The notes beneath the pieces are model-generated. The model had not been told where the DNA came from and did not search any database. It was given only the letters and a program-made list of their open reading frames with translations. Shown piece by piece: positions 57,906 to 64,000 of a DNA stretch of 64,000 nt; position 1 is the stretch's first letter; each line of letters begins with the position of its first letter. A program made the position numbers and the translations under genes. The stretch is from positions 32,001 through 96,000 of IMG/VR virus record IMGVR_UViG_3300032307_000723; one strand, 5' to 3'. This DNA is from a virus.

Positions 57906-58208
57906 ATGAACTTAAAACAGGCCATAAGAAGAATATTAAGGGAAGAAGTTAACACCACAAATTATATCAGAAGAAGATATAATTGTATGGATGAATATAT
58001 AACAAAATTAGAAAATGGGGAAGAAAGTCTTCCAATAAGAAGAGGACAATTAGATTGGACTACTTACCAAATAATGATAACCGCTTTTATAAGAAGTAAT
58101 TGTCAAGACGATAATGGGTATTATGACCCAAATTTACATTCAAATATTATGGATATATTTGGTGATAGACTATATCAATGGTATTATAAAAATAATATTA
58201 AGTTATGA
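57906..58208 (+). CDS. MNLKQ..ILREE-leader protein
   Basis: MNLKQAIRRILREE. Confidence 0.75.
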   Translation: MNLKQAIRRILREEVNTTNYIRRRYNCMDEYITKLENGEESLPIRRGQLDWTTYQIMITAFIRSNCQDDNGYYDPNLHSNIMDIFGDRLYQWYYKNNIKL

Positions 58209-58618
58209 ACTTAAAACAAACCATAAGAAGAATATTAAGGGAAGAGTTATATTCTCCTGCAAGTGATGAATACACACCGGGGAAATTCATTGTTCACAAA
58301 TCAAGTCCTGTATGGAGGGAGAACATAGAACTTACCGGACTACAAGTATCGGTGGGGGATTGTTATCAACAGCACGTAGGTGGAGATGAAGAATGTAAAG
58401 AATCCATATTCGCCACAGATTCATTAGATGAAAGAGATATGTTTGATTCTACTTATGATGATGACATTTGGGTAATAGATACTGAATGTGCGGGAGTTAC
58501 ATGGTACAAAGATAAACATTTTGATGGGGGTGATTACAAACATCATATAGTTACCTTCGAGAATATATCACCTGAGTGTATTAAACTAATGCATAAAGGA
58601 ACGGGGAAAAGTTATTAA
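58205..58618 (+). CDS. MNLKQ..ILREE-leader protein with possible ADP-ribosyltransferase-like fold
   Basis: VHKS..RENIELTGL, SIFAT, IWVIDT, ISPECIKL. Confidence 0.6.
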   Translation: MNLKQTIRRILREELYSPASDEYTPGKFIVHKSSPVWRENIELTGLQVSVGDCYQQHVGGDEECKESIFATDSLDERDMFDSTYDDDIWVIDTECAGVTWYKDKHFDGGDYKHHIVTFENISPECIKLMHKGTGKSY

Positions 58619-58619
58619 T

Positions 58620-59054
58620 ATGAGATTACAAGAGAATATACAGAGAATTAAACAGATAATGATTAAAGAAGATAAGGTACCATTAATTAAAAAAATGATT
58701 GATGATATTGGTCTTAAGAACACATTTAAGATGGTGGGGGATTACGACAAACTTGACCCCTACTTAACAGATTCTGATAAGATTAACTTTATTGAGAACA
58801 GTGTTTACAGATTATCAGAGGAAATGGAAACTGTTCTCGTCGGTTTTGCCCTTCAAATTATTGGAGAAAACCCGATTCATTATGGTGAACAAGATGGGGA
58901 ATTACATCTAATAGAATCTTTGTTTCCCAAATATGTGGAAGTTGATTATTATAGTGACAATATGGACACTTATTTAGGTGACTATAATGTTAGGTATGGT
59001 AGTTTACCCACACAGGTATTAGATAAAATATTTAGAATGTTATTAGATAAGTAA
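58620..59054 (+). CDS. MNLQENI-leader protein, paralog group A
   Basis: MRLQENIQRIKQIM; IKKMIDDIG..MVGDY. Confidence 0.78.
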   Translation: MRLQENIQRIKQIMIKEDKVPLIKKMIDDIGLKNTFKMVGDYDKLDPYLTDSDKINFIENSVYRLSEEMETVLVGFALQIIGENPIHYGEQDGELHLIESLFPKYVEVDYYSDNMDTYLGDYNVRYGSLPTQVLDKIFRMLLDK

Positions 59055-59055
59055 T

Positions 59056-59511
59056 ATGGATTTACAAGAGAATATAAGTAGAATACAATCAATGATGGGT
59101 CTTATAACTGAAGACAAAGATTCATTGACTAAAAAAATGATTGATGAACTTGGGGTAATGGCAACCATTAACTTAATGGGGGGTTTTGATTATTCTATGG
59201 AAGATTATATATCCAAGGAAAATAAAATTAAATTCATTAAAGAGGTTGTAGAAAAACTTTGTGAAAAGTACGACGATGTAGAGGTCGCTCAGTATAATCT
59301 TAATGGTAAACAAGTACAATATGATGAAGAAGAAGGTGAGAAACAAATGATAGAATATTATAGACCGGAATTTGTTATCGTAGAAAGATATAAATATGGT
59401 GAAGAAGATGTATACGATGACTACTATCTCGGGTCATTTGAAGTTCCATATGAAGAATTAAGTCATAGTTTAATAAATGAAATTTTCCATTTAATGTTAG
59501 AAGAAATATAA
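59056..59511 (+). CDS. MNLQENI-leader protein, paralog group A
   Basis: MDLQENISRIQSMMG; ITEDK..KKMIDELG. Confidence 0.78.
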   Translation: MDLQENISRIQSMMGLITEDKDSLTKKMIDELGVMATINLMGGFDYSMEDYISKENKIKFIKEVVEKLCEKYDDVEVAQYNLNGKQVQYDEEEGEKQMIEYYRPEFVIVERYKYGEEDVYDDYYLGSFEVPYEELSHSLINEIFHLMLEEI

Positions 59512-59516
59512 AGAAT

Positions 59517-59544
59517 AACCCTCACTATAATGGTGGGGGTTTTT
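59517..59544 (+). terminator. Intrinsic terminator (family also at 48945, 54028, 61847, 62533)
   Basis: AACCCTCAC/GTGGGGGTT stem with T-run. Confidence 0.7.
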
Positions 59545-59552
59545 AATTAAAA

Positions 59553-59989
59553 GGGGGTCGGGGGATAACGCCTCGGACCATATGAAAGATTATCTTGTTA
59601 AAGAGTACATCTTTTCCACTTCCTCAAAATAGGCATAATGAAGAGGGGAAATTCTTCTTAAAGTTAAATTGTAATGCTCCTTAAACCAATCATACAGAAT
59701 CCATTGTTTGGTGTGAGATTCTAACCCAAAAAAAGAATCCAAGAATTCCCAAAGATATTCACTTACACCAATCTTTTCATATTCGGGGTTGTATTCAAAA
59801 ATAACCTTACCATTTTTCATAAAGAATATCAAATCATTATACTCTTTAGTTCTAAATTCTTCTAAATCACTATACTTAGAGTTAAGGTATTTGATTACCA
59901 TTTTCTCCATTTGACTTTCTGTAATAATGTATTTCATATTAAATAAATATAAGGGGTCGGGGATTAACGCATCGGACCATATGAAAGAT
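59553..59989. repeat. ~38-bp direct repeats flanking one MKYIITE gene
   Basis: GGGGTCGGGG..TAACGC.TCGGACCATATGAAAGAT at 59553-59590 and 59953-59989; degenerate copy at 52472-52511. Confidence 0.8.
59590..59937 (-). CDS. MKYIITE-family protein
   Basis: MKYIITESQMEKMV; start moved to 59937. Confidence 0.8.
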   Translation of the reverse strand: MKYIITESQMEKMVIKYLNSKYSDLEEFRTKEYNDLIFFMKNGKVIFEYNPEYEKIGVSEYLWEFLDSFFGLESHTKQWILYDWFKEHYNLTLRRISPLHYAYFEEVEKMYSLTR

Positions 59990-60821
59990 ATATCAGTAAG
60001 GGAAAATACTAAACGATTAAACCATTCGTTCATACCTATGTTCCGTTTCACTCCACTCCGGATTCACTCATAGTTTCATCCTTTACTATTTTACATTTTA
60101 CTATACATAGTCAATAGTCTAATCTCCCCGCCTGTTGTGGGGTCCCCGCCTAACGACAAGACAATAAACGAAGTGGTGATTAGTAATCCGGTGAGTGTTC
60201 ATTATTAAAGGATGTTCATTTACAATGAACAATAGAATGAAATGAACAATGAGAGGATAATATAATAAGTTATGTTCCATATCAAGATAGTCAGGTTTCA
60301 CCTCACAGGAATGATATGAATAATAACTTTCCCACTTCTTACCACCTACGACTTGTCTTTCTTCGAAGGGACATATAATGGTCGATTAATGGTCCATTAA
60401 GTAGTATCGGTTCCCTCGTTGAGGTTATAAAAGTCCTCTTATAGGTTCCCTAAAGGGAACTCCCGGCGTTCTGTACTACTCTTAACTCTTTTTGCCAGGT
60501 TTTATATATAGTAAAAAATTACCTCTCACACTATCAGGAGGGGGAAAAAAGTGGTCTTTACACTATAACCAGCCACGAATCGGTGGTAAAATGTGGGAGA
60601 CTTTCCCATTCAATGGCGGGGAAAAAGTGGGTAAAGGGATTATCCCCTATCGCGAGCTCCCCTGACATTTTGACAAATCCAAGAAAAATGGTCATAACTT
60701 ATTAACAATGTACAACTTTTTTTATCAACTGACATAGCGTCAGGACCATTCCCCGCCTGTAACTATCTTTATTTTTATACGTTCCATAACTATACTTAAT
60801 GGTACCAACACAAAATGACAC

Positions 60822-61136
60822 ATGGACAATTTAATATTCAACATAGATAGGATGGATGAGAACAAGATTCGAATAATCATTTCAGATGAGAACATCATCC
60901 AAAAGGGGATTTTATATTTCGAGAGAGTAAAGGTGGGGTTCAATAGAAAACCCATAAGTATGAACTCATGGGCATGTATAGATGCGAAGGTGGAAGGTCT
61001 CTACGACATGGGCGGGGACTTCACCTCATTAGACATTCTAAACAAATGTCAGTTATTAATATCTTCTTTGGTTTCTGTTAATGAACATATCGTAGATGGC
61101 CATAACAAACCAACCGATGATAAGGGCTCTAAGTAA
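60822..61136 (+). CDS. Hypothetical protein
   Basis: 104 aa ORF. Confidence 0.6.
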   Translation: MDNLIFNIDRMDENKIRIIISDENIIQKGILYFERVKVGFNRKPISMNSWACIDAKVEGLYDMGGDFTSLDILNKCQLLISSLVSVNEHIVDGHNKPTDDKGSK

Positions 61137-61424
61137 ATTTCTCATAGTTAATAAATATATTTGACTACAAAGATACACCAAATTATGGAATCCACAAACA
61201 ATTCCGGATTTTATTACGAATTATTTTCAGAACCTTATAGGGTCCATTATCATATTCTCAGTAATGGGCGGGGTTTATATAAAAAAATATAAAGCGCTGT
61301 GGAGTCTACTCTTCCACCTTCCGGTCCGCCCCCTGTTGGGTTGATTACCAATTCAGTGATACAAAGGTACGAATTAATAATGACCCCGCCAAACAATTTA
61401 ACATTTGTTTAAGTATTTATTATC

Positions 61425-61814
61425 ATGATAACACCGGAAGAAGTAGAACAATCATATGTGTTCAAAATAGTAAGACGAGCATTAATACAAGAGTACCCAT
61501 GGATAACAGAAGTTAAAGTGGACAAGGATGACTATGACAATTATAAACACAATATATTCTTGGACGTATATATTGACCCACATGTGTTGGGGGAAGAATA
61601 TGATTGGGATGTGGCCCGATGGGTGGAACCCGGATACTCATCATCATCGGTGGGGATGTTCTTTAGGGGAAGACATGAATCATACTCCGATGTTACACAA
61701 GAAGTTAATGACTTCATGTTAAGAGTATGTCACTCCCCCGCCATTCCGGATGAACTAAGATTACCAAAACCTAAGGATGACTTTGTAGTTGGTTCCTACA
61801 TATCAAAACAATAA
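61425..61814 (+). CDS. Hypothetical protein
   Basis: 129 aa ORF; TATTTAT 61414-61420. Confidence 0.7.
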   Translation: MITPEEVEQSYVFKIVRRALIQEYPWITEVKVDKDDYDNYKHNIFLDVYIDPHVLGEEYDWDVARWVEPGYSSSSVGMFFRGRHESYSDVTQEVNDFMLRVCHSPAIPDELRLPKPKDDFVVGSYISKQ

Positions 61815-62088
61815 ATGACATCCTGTCAAAACCAAGACACTATCATAACCCTCACTATATTGGTGGGGGTTATTTATTAACAACCGGAGGGAGGGTATGT
61901 TGATAACTATTCATATCTCCCTCCCATACCCCCTACATGGGGCGGGGTACCCCCTCCCCCCTCCCGTATCCCCCCTTACTATAGTGTCAAAATGTCATAT
62001 AGGGGGGATAATCCCCTGAATAAAATAAAAATATTTTTGGGAAAAATTTGTCCCCCTCCCTAAAGGGAAGGAGGATATATTTATCAAT

Positions 62089-62379
62089 ATGGAATATAGT
62101 ATAACTGAAAATAGATTACGAAAACTTTTCGTAAATTATATGAATTCACAATATGATTTAAGGTATGATAAATCTACCCGGGAGTTTGTGGGTAAGGACG
62201 GGGAGATATTCGGATATCTCTTATTCAATACACTGGAATATAAATCTAAACATTTTTACTATGGGGATTATAAAACAGAGTACTTATTAAACGGAATGTT
62301 TGGGGAACTCACCAATGAGTTATTACTTCATTATTTTAGAGAAAGATTTCCGGATGTAACTATTGACGGAATAGAATAG
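62089..62379 (+). CDS. MKYIITE-family-like protein
   Basis: MEYSITENRLRKLF; shares LNGMFG...YF...F.DV.I tail pattern. Confidence 0.72.
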   Translation: MEYSITENRLRKLFVNYMNSQYDLRYDKSTREFVGKDGEIFGYLLFNTLEYKSKHFYYGDYKTEYLLNGMFGELTNELLLHYFRERFPDVTIDGIE

Positions 62380-62453
62380 ACCCCTCCTGTTGATAATCCG
62401 GGGGAGTTCGTTTATATTTATAATAAAAGGATAAACAATTAAATAATTTTGGT

Positions 62454-62525
62454 ATGAGAGAAATTTGTAATTTCATCAGTAGAGTAACCTCCGGGAGAAT
62501 ATGTTTCGGATGGTGTAAAAAGTAA
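62454..62525 (+). CDS. 23-aa Cys-containing peptide (not in ORF track)
   Basis: MREICNFISRVTSGRICFGWCKK*; TATTTAT at 62415-62421 and terminator at 62533-62560. Confidence 0.5.
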   Translation: MREICNFISRVTSGRICFGWCKK

Positions 62526-62698
62526 GACATTCAACCCCTCCCTTCAAGGTGGGGTTTTTTATTTTCTGTAAACACGACCCCCTTTTTTATTTTACCCCTT
62601 CAATGACAAAAAAAATTTTTGGAAAATTTTCATGAAATATGGAATAATACTTTACTGGTAAATTTTCTAGTATTATCTTTATACAAAAAAATATAACT

Positions 62699-63106
62699 AT
62701 GGAAGAGAAATTAGAATTACTTATGGATAGTGAGTATAAGGGTGAGTTAATCGAAATGATTAATAATTTGTATAATGAGAAATATCCTCAACGAGTACAG
62801 ACCAAGAGATATGGTTTTAATGTTGGGGGGACTTTATTTGTTAACCCCACAACAAATGAGAATTACTTAAATGTGATTCGTCATTTTGAGGGTGTTGTTG
62901 GTTTTGGAGTATTCTCTAAGGTATTGAAGAATTATGTAAGGGATAGTTATGATTCATTCCCGGATTCTTATAAGGGGGCCAATCAGGTTGTTAAGATTAG
63001 TAACTTTTATCTTACCACAAAAACAACTACGGATATGAAGATTAGTCATATAAAATCTTTGGGTGAGTATTTGGATATTCCGGTTGATGTTGTTCCTATG
63101 TCATAG
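62699..63106 (+). CDS. Hypothetical protein
   Basis: 135 aa ORF. Confidence 0.7.
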   Translation: MEEKLELLMDSEYKGELIEMINNLYNEKYPQRVQTKRYGFNVGGTLFVNPTTNENYLNVIRHFEGVVGFGVFSKVLKNYVRDSYDSFPDSYKGANQVVKISNFYLTTKTTTDMKISHIKSLGEYLDIPVDVVPMS

Positions 63107-63122
63107 GCGGGGTTATTCATAT

Positions 63123-63817
63123 ACCGCGTCGTCCGGTCTCACTTCGTTCGAGGGAATCCCAGCCCTTTTTTTTAATTTATTTTTTTTTATTATTGTAAAA
63201 AAAAAATTATGTCAGAGAAAGTAATAACTAAACAGTCGGAATATTATTTGGAGTTTTTAAAGTCTAACCCTATTAAAGGATATGAATACAAATATTTTAG
63301 TGAGGAACATGATGATGACGGTAAGTCAAAAATTGTTTTAACATTAAATGTTGATTGTGAAACTTATGTATTTGGGGAAAATAATAGGGAAGAGATTTTA
63401 GAAGAAATGGAAAAATTACCATATGATGTTTTTGGTTATGATTCTCAATTTATTTCTTTGAAGATTGTTAATAAAGATAAATTTTTTGATAACCATATAA
63501 TTCCATTAAAAAAGTATTTGAAGGAATCGTTAATTGGTGGGGAAATAAAAACAATTAATTTTTATCGTAGAAAGGGTAGTGAGATTTATCCTCCCGAGGT
63601 TTCTATTTCTATTAAACCTGATATGCTAAGTACTGAATGGACGAATACTTCCATTAAATTAAAAACATTATTAAATTCTTATTGTAATAAAAATCATTTT
63701 AACAATTTAGAATTTATTACTCCTATGAGTTCTTATGAAAATTATTTGTACGGGGGGTAATTCGTACACCGCGTCGTCCGGACTCACTTCGTTCGAGGGA
63801 ATCCCAGCCCTTTTTTT
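63123..63817. repeat. 50-bp direct repeats flanking one gene
   Basis: ACCGCGTCGTCCGG(T/A)CTCACTTCGTTCGAGGGAATCCCAGCCCTTTTTTT at 63123-63172 and 63768-63817, one mismatch. Confidence 0.9.
63209..63760 (+). CDS. Hypothetical protein
   Basis: 183 aa ORF. Confidence 0.7.
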   Translation: MSEKVITKQSEYYLEFLKSNPIKGYEYKYFSEEHDDDGKSKIVLTLNVDCETYVFGENNREEILEEMEKLPYDVFGYDSQFISLKIVNKDKFFDNHIIPLKKYLKESLIGGEIKTINFYRRKGSEIYPPEVSISIKPDMLSTEWTNTSIKLKTLLNSYCNKNHFNNLEFITPMSSYENYLYGG

Positions 63818-63860
63818 GGTAATGTGGAAATCATTTTATATCTTTGTAAAAAAAATAGTT

Positions 63861-64000
63861 ATGGTAAATAAGGTGTTTATGGTTTTGGGATTAATTCTTC
63901 TTATAGGGGGGAATATTTTATCCTATGTGTATAATGGAAGAATGTTATACACAATGACAAATGTTTGTTTTGTTTTGATGATAGTTTTAAATTTCTATAA
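63861..64000 (+). CDS. Small membrane protein, truncated by window end
   Basis: MVNKVFMVLGLILLIGGNILSYV...; TATCTTTG box 63839-63846. Confidence 0.55.
   Translation, partial: MVNKVFMVLGLILLIGGNILSYVYNGRMLYTMTNVCFVLMIVLNFY

Larger units (their letters stand above)
3879..62421. promoter_or_regulatory. Dispersed TATTTAT motif, candidate phage late promoter
   Basis: At 3879, 9094, 16789, 22833, 38993, 48344, 54065, 61414, 62078, 62415 (+) and 40582, 51042, 52448, 59943 (-), a short distance before starts of fibre and leader-bearing genes. Confidence 0.55.
60126..63112. repeat. Cluster of CCCCGCC/GGCGGGG heptamers and TGACA-N3-TG(A/T)CA boxes
   Basis: Ten heptamers and four 13-bp boxes (coordinates in findings). 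Confidence 0.75.
5630..63846. promoter_or_regulatory. Dispersed Bacteroidota-type TAnnTTTG (-7) promoter boxes
   Basis: At 5630, 26842, 27517, 27630, 28966, 31126, 33275, 40627, 42911, 44650, 46209, 48325, 63839 (+) and 49553, 53918 (-), each just upstream of a gene or RNA. Confidence 0.75.

Noticed and set aside
60119-60955. Short ORFs 60119-60301 and 60740-60955 (minus)
   Set aside because: No recognisable motif or start context; lie in the motif-rich non-coding zone or antisense to a better ORF
1-64000. Eukaryotic giant-virus or cellular origin (collagen, LRR, DnaJ, glf)
   Set aside because: Bacterial operon packing, intrinsic terminators, Bacteroidota-type promoters, smpB and S74 fibre chaperones fit a large bacteriophage; no housekeeping operons or rRNA seen
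1-64000. Stop-codon reassignment
   Set aside because: Recognisable genes are full length in the standard code and TAA, TAG and TGA all terminate genes
1-64000. Impression that CCGG is over-represented
   Set aside because: Cannot be quantified by eye; needs a k-mer count against a codon-aware background

Overview
AT-rich, gene-dense 64 kb segment that reads as part of a large (jumbo/huge) tailed phage genome, translated with the standard code. The host is most likely Bacteroidota: TAnnTTTG -7 promoter boxes precede many genes, there are no Shine-Dalgarno motifs, and an Hc1-like gene is present. Content, left to right: (1) chaperone/redox/DNA-modification genes (Hc1-like, DnaJ, Dam-family and beta-class methyltransferases, thioredoxin, glutaredoxin); (2) three tandem collagen-like fibre genes ending in S74-type autocleaving chaperone domains; (3) a ~1.8 kb non-coding RNA cluster (27.1-28.95 kb) with three non-canonical tRNA-like RNAs (one circularly permuted/YrlA-like, one with a GNRA tetraloop instead of an anticodon loop, one with an oversized core), an unknown ~118-nt structured RNA and a ~0.88 kb GOLLD-like RNA, followed closely by smpB; (4) glycosylation and RNA/nucleotide-metabolism genes (GT2s, glf, cytidylyltransferases, HD hydrolase, CCA-adding-like enzyme); (5) two tandem arrays of short genes with shared N-terminal leaders (MKYIITE... 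and MNLQENI...), which I interpret as capsid-targeted cargo proteins; (6) a motif-rich, gene-poor zone at 60-62.6 kb where codon/strand bias appears to flip, a candidate replication origin. All family names come from motif recognition by eye; no database search or folding program was run.
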